Shown piece after piece: positions 39,123 through 51,800 of a stretch of 64,000 bases of DNA (position 1 is its first letter; every line of letters starts with the position of its first letter). The position numbers and the translations under genes were made by a program. The stretch spans positions 13,673,833 to 13,737,832 of the forward strand of contig CM119270.1 in NCBI GenBank assembly GCA_051294375.1. Reading direction: 5' to 3'. This DNA is from Paraspadella gotoi (taxonomy: Eukaryota > Animalia > Chaetognatha). Under the pieces are notes generated by a model, which was not told where the DNA came from, searched no databases, and saw only the letters and a program-made list of their open reading frames with translations.

Positions 39123-42100
39123 ATGCATCGTCTGCCCCCGACGCCCTCCTCCTCAACGCTCGCGGCCAAAGCGTGCGTCCCCGATCTGAGTCACCTGACG
39201 CCGGAAGAGCGGGAGATCATCGAGTCCGTTCTCGAGCGGCAGAGGTACGAGGAGGAGAAGAATCTTCAAGCGGTCAAACCCGGCGCCGTCTCTGCCCCCG
39301 GCGCCCCCGCTTCGAGGTCGCCGGCTACGGAGACGCTGAGCCGTCAATTCCAAATCTCCAAACCGATTATCGAAGACTCTTCGTCTTCTTCCTCTGAGCG
39401 ACACAATCAAACGCGTCTTAGGTCTAGAGAACCTCCCCCGCGACCGAGAGACGCCCCCGCCGCCGAGAATGGCCGCGGAGTCATTGCTCGCGATGCCGAC
39501 TTTAGCGCCGGAGGTTCTTCGGCCGAACCAGTCGCGTCGGACGCCCGACGAAATCCCCAGATCAGCATTCAAACTTCGAGCAGCGATTCGGGCGTTTCCG
39601 CGTTGACTTGCGGCGTCTGCGAAAAGCCTTCAAGCAGCATCGTCGTCTGCGGCGGCTGCGAGTTGACGGCCTGCGGCGAATGCAGAAACCTCACCGCCGA
39701 AGGCGAAGCAGACAACGACTGGTTGTGCCAGGGGTGTCGGCACGATCGCTTTCGAGTGCCGACGGCCCGGGAAATTTCTTTGGACGACGTCCCCACTGCG
39801 CCATTGGCGATGGAAACGCAATCCGGCGTAAACGTCGGATCTGGCGCCATCTCGCCAGACACCGGAATTCAGTCGGGCAACAACTCGGGCTCCACCACGC
39901 CCGTACCGTTGGTGGGTGGCGTCGAGGACGGACGAGCGGCGCCGTCCCTCGATTGCTCGAACGCGTCGGAAGAATTCGAGGCGGAAGAAGCGTCGCCAAG
40001 CAACGGTTCCGACCGAGCCGCCGAGGAACGTTCTCGTGCAAACGCGCCCTACGAAAAACGGCACCACAATTCACGTCGGCCTCCATATCGTGGGCCTCCT
40101 CCGCCTGGCTATCCGCGGCGCCAGCGTCCCCCTCCTGGAGGGCCCGACGTGCGGCGACATCCCCACGCCCCCGGAGGAGGTCGGTGCCTTCCCGGGGGCT
40201 TTCCGCCCCCCTCCGCCTACGAGGCCGACCGCTACCGGCGAAACAGTGTCGGCGGCGAAACCGAGCCTTCCGATCCGTCGTCCCGCCACTGGAGATCTCC
40301 GACCGACTCTTCCGAGGGCGGCCAACACAACCGAGGAAACGGCTACCCCCCTCCCCGGAAGCCGCCGAACTCCAACGCCCCCAGGAGGCGGCCACCGAGA
40401 GGAGAGCCTCATGGGGGTCGATATCCCGTCGACGATGGACTCGAGGATCGAGAACAGCACCCGCGCTTCAACGGTCGTCGGCCCCGAAGGTCTTCTCTGC
40501 CCCACGACAAGACTTCCTCGGCGCCGCGTCGCTCCGATGTTTCTGGCGAAGACGACGCCGACGCCGAGGGATCCTTTGACGCCGGAAAGCCGCGCCTATT
40601 CGACGCGGATCCGAGACTTGGAGTCACCGATTTTCGAGCGGACGGTTTGGACCGACCGACGCCGCCGAAGCCGAGAAAGTATAAACCGAGATCGAGCTAC
40701 GCCACTTTGAGACCGGTCGTGCCCAAACAGCCCACTTTATCCTCATCTGATGACGAGGTATATTATTCTTTCTTTCGGGAGATTATGTAAATGTGTCAAA
40801 CAACCTTTTTTGTGAGTCACTTTCAACAGTCAACTGAAAATAATCAAGACCTATATAAATATAAATATATAAAACGTATGTTATTTTCTAAACTAAGATA
40901 TTTTTAACCTAATAAATAAAGATGATTAATTTGAATATTTATGTAAAATATATTCTACTTTTATATAAAATATATTTAATTTTAAAAATGTGATCCAATA
41001 TAGTATTTTTTTTTATTTTTGTAAGATGTCTAAGATATCAAAACTAATTTAATCATTGAACAAAAGAGCTCTCCTCGACCTCAGGTAAAATCGACGCCGG
41101 ACTACACTTCGGCGGATGACCTCGAGAGCGAGAGCGTCGTGAGTGAGCGCGGCGACTTCGAATCCGCCACCGACGACTCCTGGGGCAAGGACGAAGTTAT
41201 GGCTGACAAAATCAAAAAGTTTCTTAAACATCCCGTCGCCTGGCAACCGGCCGCTGACGATTCCCACCTCATCGGCCACATGAAGCTGAAAAAGGTGGCG
41301 GAACCTGGGAAGGACGCTTCCTCCATCCTCGGACTCAAGGTGGTCGGCGGAAAGCGGAACGACGCCGGCGAGTCAGCCGCCTTCATCACCAAGGTTAAGC
41401 GAGGTAGCATCGCCGACTCCGTTGGACGCCTCTGCTCCGGCGACCAGGTGCTCGAGTGGAACGGCCAGAGCCTGACCGGCCTCTCCGCCGAGCGGGTCTC
41501 CGAGATCGTCCTGAAGTCCAAGACGGAGCCACAGGTGGAGCTCATCGTCTTGCGTAAGATCGATCGCACGGGATCCGATCTTCTCGAAGGGGTCTACGAC
41601 ATCTCCGGTCATGCCCAAGCGCTCAACCGTTCTACCTACATGCGGGAGAACGCGAGTGTGCGTGGTGAGAACTCCTCTAGTACAGTCATCGGTGGTCGCA
41701 TCCAAATTTCCCTTGGCTACGATTCGGCGGCCCTTAAGCTGATCGTGGGCGTTCTATCGGCCAGCGAGTTGCCCCCCAAACAAGAGTTCAGCGAGCCTCG
41801 TAATCCCTTTTGCACCCTCTACCTGCTGCCGGATCGGAGCGAGCGGAGCAAGAGAAAGACGTCAGTGGTTCGAGCGACCAACGAGCCCTGTTGGGACCAG
41901 ACCTTTGTGTATTCTTCGGTCAAAAAAACGGACCTCAATCGGCGCGCCCTGGAGGTCACAGTCTACGACTTTGACCGTTTCGGGAGTTACGACCTCGTTG
42001 GAGAGGTCAACATCGACCTCTCGACGGCGCCCTTGGAGCATGAGCCGCAATGGTATCTCCTGACGTCCGTGGACGATCACATGGGGAAATCCTCAAAGCC

Positions 42101-42737
42101 CGTGCGAGGACCGTCGTCGTCGTCGTCGAGCAGGACCGAACCGGCCGCGGGGGAGGTACTCGAGGAAGAGGAGGCGTCGGAAGATCGCGAAGACGGGGAG
42201 AACGCGTCCACTCTCCCGAGGCAGCCGCAGCGAGGGCGGCCGTCTCGGGGTCACCGAGACGCCTCAGGGTCCCGGATGCGGCCGCCGTTCGACGACGGTC
42301 CTCGGCCTCATCATCCGCATCATCATCCCCACCACCATCATCATCCGCGACCACACCTTATGCCTCGCCACCCCCGCAGCCGTACCCGCTCGCCGTCCGG
42401 GCGAACACGCTCGCCCACAGGACGCAACCCGCGATCCTTCAACAGCTCCCGCTCTCTGTCACCTCCGCAGCTCCGCGGGAGGGAGCCGTTGTGGCCATCG
42501 GCTTCCGACGGCGCCGGCCCCGCCGCCGCCGAGCACGCCGCTTCCGCCTCCTATACTGACGAGACGCAGTCGCCGTCGCGGCTACCGAGAGCCTCGCCGG
42601 CTTCGTCGTCGTCAGGTCCAGGAGAAAATGGCGCCGGTACGACGACGCCAAGGCGACGGCGTCAGCTTCCGCAGATTCCGACGAAGAGGTCCTCTACCGC
42701 GAGCGAAACGAAGAAAGAGGAACAAAAGGGCAATTAA
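39123..42737 (+). CDS. RIM (Rab3-interacting molecule/UNC-10)-family active zone protein with ZnF, PDZ, C2A and PxxP but no C2B; two exons (39123-40757, 41085-42737), about 1095 aa
   Basis: PDLSHLTPEEREIIESVLERQ helix, 8-Cys FYVE-like finger, SSSDDE|VKSTPDYTSADD joined across a phase-0 intron, HPVAWQP...LIGHMKL, PDZ (LGLKVVGGK...AFITKVKRGSIAD...GDQVLEWNG), C2A (RNPFCTLYLLPDRSERSKRKT) and RRQLPQIP. Confidence 0.92.
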
Positions 42738-43545
42738 TTTTTGTTTTGTGTTTATAATTTATTTAATTCTTATGTATCTTTTAGTTCTTCTATCCCTTTG
42801 GTTGATGAAATTGCCATAGTGTAACTGTTTATTCGGGTTGTTATTTATTGTTTACTTTTTTTTGTTAAACCACTGTATTTCGTCGCTTTGTGACACGCGA
42901 TTCCTCTGTTTACTGCAAATTCCTATTCTTAATTTTGTTTTCTTATTTTTCGTTTGCTATGCTCATGAAACTTATTTTTTAATTCGAGAGACGGTGCTAC
43001 AAATCCAATTACTATAGAGCAATTATTATTTAAAAAACCTTTCAACAACAACGACGACAGAAATCTCTCCGCACATCAACGGACTTTCTTTTTTGCCTAG
43101 TCAATATTAGGATTCTTTCCAACGACCTCGTGTGTTTTGAATGTTTTTAATCAAATCAGTCTTCTTTTATTTATACATCTATGACTATGTTTACATTTCT
43201 CTCTGACCTTCTTTTTTAGTGTTAAAGAGCGTGGAAGAATATATAAATGTATGAGACTCTTATCAGTGTAACTTTCTTTTCGAACTTACTACGTAGTTGG
43301 ATTCAAAATTTAAATTTAACTAAAAAATGTTTGGAATCGAATATTATTGATATAGTACAGCACTGGGAAATGCAATGAAGAAAACGAACGTGATTTGAAA
43401 TTAAATCCTGAAGCTAATAGCGGGAAATATGTGTGAAATATTCTCGAATTAGTTTGACGAGTTGAAGAAAATGTGACAGCGTAATAATTGTCGTAATGTT
43501 TTGGGGGAAAAAAATGAACGACTCTCGGTGAAAAGCGTTTTGGCG

Positions 43546-46500
43546 TCACATTCGCGTATCAAAGTCTTCCCTACAATCAATCTCGTTTTCTTGTTGCTGC
43601 TCCGATTGCTCATTCTGCCGCGCAACTCCCTGTCGATTCGGTTGCTGAACCGGTGGCAGCGACTTTTGCTCCTGAGGCTGCTGCACAGACGTTTGATCCG
43701 ATTGCTGCAAGGAGAACAATGTCGAGGAGCCTTTCCGTGCCTGCGACTGAATATTTTGACGAGGTTCCAAGTCGTGGTCGCCTTGCGTCTCTTCCGCTGT
43801 CGTCACGATCGCTCCGTTAGAAAAGCCTAAATTTAGCGTCGTTCGTGTTGTCCTTTTAAATTTTATTATTTTTTTAAAAGTTGTAACTTTTACCGTTGAC
43901 GTTGTTGCGACAATGAGTATTTTGCGCCGAACGATTCGATCCGTTCTTTCGATTCTTGGGGTCGAGTTTGAATAGAGGGGGCATGCTACCATCTTTAAAA
44001 AATTAAAACGCGCGTTTGATATGATAAGCAGAAGGCTATTAGAAGCATTCTTTTATCCTATTGCTTTGAATTAATATACCTATCATATCTGATATCAGTT
44101 GTATAAACTTGAACTTTACTAAACCTATTCGAATTAATGGTACATATATTTTGAAGGAGAAAACTCAGAGATTTCAGTTTTCTTCGAAATCTACTTACTG
44201 ACTGGGACAGAAAAAAGTCCCGCTGAAGATTCTCTTTTGTTGGATAGGATTGTCGACTCCAAAGATATTCTTCGGGTCTGTGCCTACAAATTTTTTGTAA
44301 GTTAATTTTTTTTTATATTATAAATATTTCTTAATCCTACCGATTTAGAATTTGAAGACGAATTGTGCAGTTTATTATTGACTCGGTTTTTAACAAATTT
44401 GGGACAGCATGAATTGTCGTCGATCCATTTAACGATTTCTTTTTGGACTTTCTCGTTAAGAGCGCAATGAAAGATGAAGATGAACATACCCTAGCGCAGT
44501 AGAATGGAACGATCAATTAAAAAAAAATAAAAGAAAATCAATAAGATGAACAGAATAAGAAGCTATTGTTGCCAATTTTTACCTGCAAGGAATTGCAGAT
44601 GGTGAAGACGTAAGCGAATACTTTGGTTCTGCTGTCCTTGACGAAGAGGAGGCCAAAAGCCCACGTGACCCCGAGAAGACAAACGAGCACCGCCGAGGAC
44701 TTCAGCCAAGTGTTGGCCCGAGAGAGAATAGATGCGTTCCGAGCGGGGATCGAACTCATAACAACACGGAGACCGATGACCAGGAAAACGGAGTTGATCT
44801 ACGTGAAAAAAAATTATTACAACGGATCTGTGGGGACACTGCCTTCACAATTAGTGCATTAAGATTACTTTTACAATTTAACAAAAAGCAGAACTCCGAA
44901 GTGTCATTTAATAATTAATGAATATCGTTTCAAAATTTAAAAAAAAAGAAATTTTTATATTGGTTGTACCAATTTCATAAATCTAGCGAAAGTAGTGGAG
45001 TAAGCAATATGAGAATATTGTAGCAGCTCAAGTGACAACAACAACAACAACACAACACCGACAACGAAGATCAAGTTCACTGCCCATTATTCGACCATCT
45101 GACCTTGGGTTAGGTTTCACCTCACTCACTCGAACATTGAGCATTGAATTATTATTGTTTTTTCTCTTTTTGGTTTTTACTACATGGTGACAATTTTACA
45201 AGCGCCGGTAGAAATACGCTGTCATTTGCAACCAGTGGTTATTTCATTGATTTTAAAAATTAGTTGAGAAGAACATATTAAAGTCATTTATGTGTTTAAA
45301 TTTTATATTGATCAGTTAAGATATGCCTTGGCAATGAGTGGAGAAAGTTGGCTTGTAAAATCGGGTTTCATTTTCCAACTCACTGTTTTTAAATTCTTTT
45401 TTTTTCAACTTTTAGCTCTTTTTTAAACAAAGTATTTATTAAGATATTACCAATATAATATCCTCAGAAAGCCCTTAAAAAAATGAAGAGAATGATATAC
45501 TTACGAAAGCTCTAACATAAAAATTAAGCTGCCCAGCCTTGGTTCAATTAAGAGAGTCAAAAGTTAATTATCTAAAATTTTAAATCTTTTTTTAAAATAT
45601 ATGACCTGATTAAATTATTATAACATAAAATATTATTATTTATATAAGTATCATGAAAGAGCCTGAAAAAAGGAGATTTCAGATAGCCAATCACAATTTG
45701 ATAAAAATCTTTAAATTTACCCTCCAGCTATTGATTTTTAGAAAGATGTTTTGTTTTTAAGTATCCTAATTAAATTAAAGCTGGGCCGGTTAAATTTTAT
45801 ACTACAGAATTTGCAAGTATGTCATTCTCTTTAGATTTGAAAGGGCTTTCAGAAGATAATAATATTAATATTATTTTATTTTAAATTTCTTCAGAACACT
45901 TACTGAAAGTAAGAAAAAAAAATTTAATCTAAAAAAATGAGTTAGAAAATGAAACCCGATTTTACAAGCCAACTTTCTCCACTCATTGCCAAGGCATATC
46001 TTAACTGATCAATATAAAATTTGAACACATAAATGACTTTAATATGTTCTACTCAACTAATTTTTAAAATCAATGAAATAACCACTGGTTTGCAAATGAC
46101 AGCGTATTTCTACCGGCGCTTGTAAAATTGTCACCATGTATTGTTATTGACTTTTCGTTATGGTTTACTTTTATTCTGTTTCCTCGAACAAAATTGCTTC
46201 GACATTTTTTTACTATATAATATTCGGCACATGAGTCAACTACAAATGGTGATCGCCCGCAACCTACAGTCCTTTACGACAACGTTAATCAAAACCGAGT
46301 TTTCGGGATCAACTTTCGAAGATGGAAGATGATCGCGCGAGTAGAGAATCGGCTCCCCCCAACCGATGCCGAGTTTCCTCTCGTCCGCTCATCGAACGAT
46401 CGTTTTGAGAGTTTCAGTTCAGGAACGACTTCCGTATCTAAATAAACAATCTCGTCTCTGGCATCATCAATGAATCGGTCGAAAGACGGGTGATCACCTT

Positions 46501-48793
46501 TTTGGTATTTCATTACATTTTTTATATTTTTACGTTAAACCAGAAGCAAATGAAATGAAAAGATGAACAACAAAAGATAACAAAACGAAACATAAAAAGA
46601 TTAGAAACTATTAGATCAATAAATCCATGTCCCGCCTTCTCACCAGCACAATCAGGGAGACGGGAACGATAAAGCTCAAGTTGAAGAACTTGTCGGTGGA
46701 GAGCCAACAATAGTCCTCGTGTCCGTAGCCTCTCGGGTTCAAACCCGCCGTGATTCCCACAACGAGAAGCGGAATTCCGTAACCGGCCGAATAGAAATAC
46801 ATCTGAACCAAAAATCATAGTTATTCAAAGTTTAATTTATTTAGTTTTAATGAAAAAAATTATTTTTTTATAAATTCTAGAATTAGAATAGTTCAGCATT
46901 TACCTATCACTTTTGAAAAGAAAACAAGTTTGAGCAAACAATGTCGGATCTGCCCACGATCATTAACGGTAGTTAATTAATAAATTAATTAATTTTTATC
47001 CGAAATGTTTGTTTTTAGATATTAGAGCTTAGTGAAAGTAACATATAAAAATTCTAATTGTCTATTATGAACAACGTACCACCAGTAAACATTAATTTAT
47101 AAAAAAAATTAATTTTATATTTTTGTTAATTTTCGCAGTAATATGATACTGTCCTTAAAAAATCCTAAAATTTCAAAAAGGACTTTTCTTAATTTTGATG
47201 GTAAATTTGAATTCCTTGTCAAAAGTTGATAGAATTTTAGAATTTTAGAATTTTAGAATTTTAGAATTTTAGAATTTTAGAATTTTAGAATTTTAGAATT
47301 TTAGAATTTTAGAATTTTAATTTAAGTTAAATTTAAACTTTTTACTACGCTCTATTGACCACAACAAAAGTAACAACGATGATGATGGCAACGACGACAA
47401 TAATGCCAATAACGATTTACTTGATTGATTGATTAAGTAAAATTTCATTCCAATCCATCCATCCAATTACGGGTAATTGAAGTGTTTTGCTAAGGTGGGA
47501 TGGACGGACAGACAGACAGAAGGACGGACATTGTTTTTTTTTTTTGGCATAATTTATAATAATTCGATATTCTGAAATGATATAAGTGAATGCCCTGCTG
47601 ATAAGCAGATCCGACTAAAAAGCATCCTTTCAGGAATTACCTTGTAGGATCGACCGCTCTCGAAGACTCTGACCAGCATGAGGTAAATCTGAATTCCCTC
47701 GAGACACATCCAACAGAAAGCGGCGAGAAAGAAGTAGTGCAGGATCCCGGCGATGTACGGACATCCGGCCTGGTTAAACGGACACATGGTCGATGCGAAA
47801 TTCACGTGATAACTGATTTTTTTTGTCTCCATGAAAACTCATGCGATAAAGATCTCACCGGGAAATTGGCGTTGTTGATGCCGGTATAGATGGAGACTAC
47901 GAATATGAGTTCGGCGATAAATAGGGAGATGCAAAGGTTTCTGTGGATGCTGTTTCGCAAGCAATGGAGATTCCTGCCGGAAAAAAATCACAATCTTCGT
48001 CGAGTAGACCCACTAGTGGCGATACGCAAGATAAACGAACTTACTTGAATACTGAAAAAACGATTACGCAAATTAGCAGGCAGACTATCGAAATCAGGCA
48101 TCCGACGCAGGTCATGTGTTTCAGCAAAAACTGATCCCACGTGTTCAAGGTTCTGAAATAAAGTAGAATAATTATTTTGAGGTTTTATTCTCTGTGATGC
48201 GGTCCAACAAATATAAATGCCATAACAACTTGTATGCTCCAGTCGTGTCCATCAAAATGGCGAAGTTGGTGAGGTGAAGGCAAGCGCAGACGGAGTGAGT
48301 TCGATTGTGAGTCACTAAAAAGCATCCGCTCGTTTCCCAACTCATCGGCCTGCATAATCAGTGGAATAGTTTTTGGTAAATGATTTTGGGCTGAAGATAG
48401 CTATTCAGGAGAGAGAGAGATAGACAGACAGACAGACAGACAGAATCATGGAGAGAAAGACAGACATAGACAACATACAAACGATCAAAAACGCTGAGTT
48501 CAGAACGCCTTTTAATACTAAACCTGGCGGTGACGTTAAGAAACGCGCAGACTGGTTTGGAGTCCGACGGCTCAGATGCTCCAGCACGACGACGACGGGA
48601 TCCTGCGCGTCGAAAGAGACCTCCGCCTCTGGAGAGTTGACGTCGGCTGTAATGACGAATGAGTTGACGCGTTCTTGAAGGCCTTGGGGCGTTCTGAAGT
48701 AGTAGTGGCGAGTGGAAGAAAAAACAAATTTAAAAAGAAATAAATAAAAGGGGAAAAAGTATGTGAGAAAGAAAGAAAGAAAGAAGAAAGAAA

Positions 48794-48826
<33 letters not shown>

Positions 48827-51800
48827 AAAGAAAGAAAGAAGAAGAAAGAAAGACAGACAGACAGACAGAAGAGAAAAATTAAAAAAAGACATACTTACCC
48901 TCTCCCAGGCAACAACGCCCCCACGTTAGTATACATTAGCACACGCGATCTTCAGCAAGTCGCTCTCGTCGGCGAAGCGTCTGACGTCGCGTGGCAACGT
49001 GATCGAGGACGTCGTCGACTTGAGCTCCGACGGAAACGCGGGCTGATTCCGCGCCAGACGCGAGGGGAAGGGAGATGGGCGTGTCCAGGCTGGCGTCGCC
49101 CATTGAGACGTCGATGGCGTTGACTTGGAGGATCACGTTGGAGGAAGAGTAGTACTGCTCGGTTCAACGGTTGGCGATGGGGCGAAGGAATTGGGGATTT
49201 TTTTAATGAGTTTGCTATTCGTGGTTGTTTTTGTTGTTATGTTTGTTTTTTTTGTAATTGGATGTTTTAATTGTTCATTTTTTTAGTGTTTTCGTTGTTT
49301 TTTTTTTATCGATTGATCTTATATAAAAATTGTCGTGGTTCTTCTTGTATTTGTGGTTGTTCTTGTTCTTGTTGCCGCGGTTTTTTGTTTTTGTTTTTTT
49401 TTCGTTTGTTGGTTCGTCTTCAAGAGGAAATGAAAAATAATCTTGTGAAGAATTTCCAACAAGGGTCGAAAAAAAGCGTTGGGTTCTTCTAAAAAATGTT
49501 CCCAAAAAATATCCCCACTTCCCCCCTTTCCCACTTCACCCCCCCACAACCCCACTCCACCTCCGCTCCTTTAATGGTCTGATTAGCGAGGAGAAACGAC
49601 TCCCGCTCCAGCGACGTCGTCAGATTCAGCGCCGCCAGCGACTTTTCCTCTTCGTCGAGACTCGACATGAGCTCCACTTTGGGCGGCGCCGTGAGTCGAC
49701 TGCCGACTTCCACGAGATTGCCCGTGATCTGAAGGGGAGAGAGATGGAGAGAGGGCGGAGGATGGGGTGGGCGAAGGGTTAAATCAAAGGTATTCATTGA
49801 CCACTTTTCCGTTCCGTTAGTAGTTTTCAGAAAAGCTACAGTATTTCAGATAAAGTCATGTGATCAATCCACCAATTAATTCACTGAATTCATGCATGGT
49901 TAGCTTCTCGTTCCCCCATTGAGCATCCCCCATTGAGCAACCTCCGTGAAAATCTCCAGATCCAATTATCACGTCGGCCGGCCAGTGACGACCAATCACG
50001 TAACAAGTAATCAGGGGGATTGGTTAAAACCGCTCACCTTGTCGACCAAATGGTATTTTTTCTCCTCTTCCTCTAAAGCTTCTATCTCGAACTGAACTTT
50101 TCCCACTACGCTGGGCAGGATGTTGCAGACGCGGACGATGTCTTGGGCCGTCTTCAGATTTCCTGGAGATGAGTTTGAGTTGACATTGTTAAATTTGTAT
50201 GAGAAAAAAAAAATCGGATAAAAGGAGAGGAATTAATGGCAGAAAATAACTTTCCCAACCCGTTTTTTTGTTAAAGGTTGGGAGGAGAAGATTGGAGAGT
50301 TCCTCGACAGAGGCGCCTGCGTCTTCGAGGATGTCGACGATGCGATCGAGTTCGACGGCGACGCACGCCGCTGAAGTCGGGGCCCGTCGGGTCGAAACGG
50401 GCCGCGCGCGTCGGGCCGGGCACGCAGCGCCAAGTGGGCACGAAACCGTCGAACCTTAGTGAAAATGAATGAATCGATCAATCAATCGATCAATCGATGA
50501 AAAAAAATTAGTTCGTCAATCAATCAATCAAATTTATCCGCGTCCCTCACCGATCTTCCCCTTCGGGCAGAGTCCGTAGGACAGGCAGAGCCCAAGCGTA
50601 CGGACTTCCACGTCCGTCCCGTCTCCCCGTCCTTTGTCTGGAATATCCTCGACGACGTCGTCGTCACCGCGTTGGTCGGAGGCGTCGTCACGAAGTGGTG
50701 CGGCTCGCGTCACGGCCGGCGCCTCGTAGACGGGAATGTCGATCCCGTCTTACGATTCAAGTGATTTCGTGAGGGAGGAGAGCAGAGGGGGGGGGGGGGG
50801 AAGGAGGAAGAGTGAAATGGAAGAAAAATAATGTTGTTCTTGTTTGAGTTTTTATTTTATTTATTATTTATAAGATTTTTTTTTCAATTCTCTACTTAAA
50901 TTTATTTAGATAAAATTATCCCACATTATTTCTTAATATTTTAATAATCCACGACGACGACGGATAATGACGATGTCCGTCAGTTTCACCAATCATTTTA
51001 CCTCTGCTGAAATATTCGCAAATGAATCCTTTATCGGTTCCCTTGTAGGCGCAAGGGAAATCGGCCACTCCGTAACCGGAACCCTTTCGTCGTCGTCGTT
51101 TGTTGTTGTCATCGTCGTCGCTTTTGTCGCGGCGATAGCGGACGGCGGCGCATTGATCGGCCCCGCGAGAGGGCTCTTCGGGTTCCCAGGCGCGAAAGCT
51201 CTCGCTCCTGATTCGATGGAGACAATTTCGTGATGCGTAATATTTAGTTATTGTTTGATTATTTGAAATATATTATTGATTCGAGTATTATTGTATTATT
51301 GTATTCGAGTCCACAGAACCTACACACTGGGCCTACACAGTGGGACACCTTATTTATTTCATTTATTTACGGGTACTTGTTTATTTTTGAATTATTTATT
51401 TACGTATTAGTGGATTAATTTTATTGATGGCTTCATTATTTATTTGTTATTTGATATAATCGTTGAATTTCTGGGATTTGACTGATTCAATGAAGGATTG
51501 AAAGGGTGAGTGTGTGAGATTGATTGACCGTTTTTAAATAGATTGAATTTTATGTATTCATTTGATTGATTGTATGATTTAATTGTTTGATTGACTTCTA
51601 CCTGTCGTTCAACCATATGTACTCCTCGTTCCTCGGTAGCCGATACAATCCGATCCAAAATCTTGAGTCGGAAACGCCCCCGTCCGTTGGACGAGGCGAT
51701 GTCACTCAACCAGTCCTCCTCAGTTGACGTGAACATGGAGGTAAAGGATGGTCGCTAGGGAACCTGAAAAAAAAAAAAAAAAAGGGATCGGTAACGGATT

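Noticed and set aside
39153-40710. Long overlapping and antisense ORFs across RIM (similar ones across CLUH and the Ig gene tail)
   Set aside because: Expected by-product of GC-rich coding sequence; no recognisable domains.
46289-46513. 74-aa intronic ORF with KR and SFDR/SFDE motifs resembling a neuropeptide precursor
   Set aside because: No signal peptide, no convincing splice sites and no repeated amidated peptide.
47231-47318. Regular short repeat array (CRISPR-like at a glance)
   Set aside because: A simple 8-bp tandem repeat without spacers, in a eukaryotic intron.
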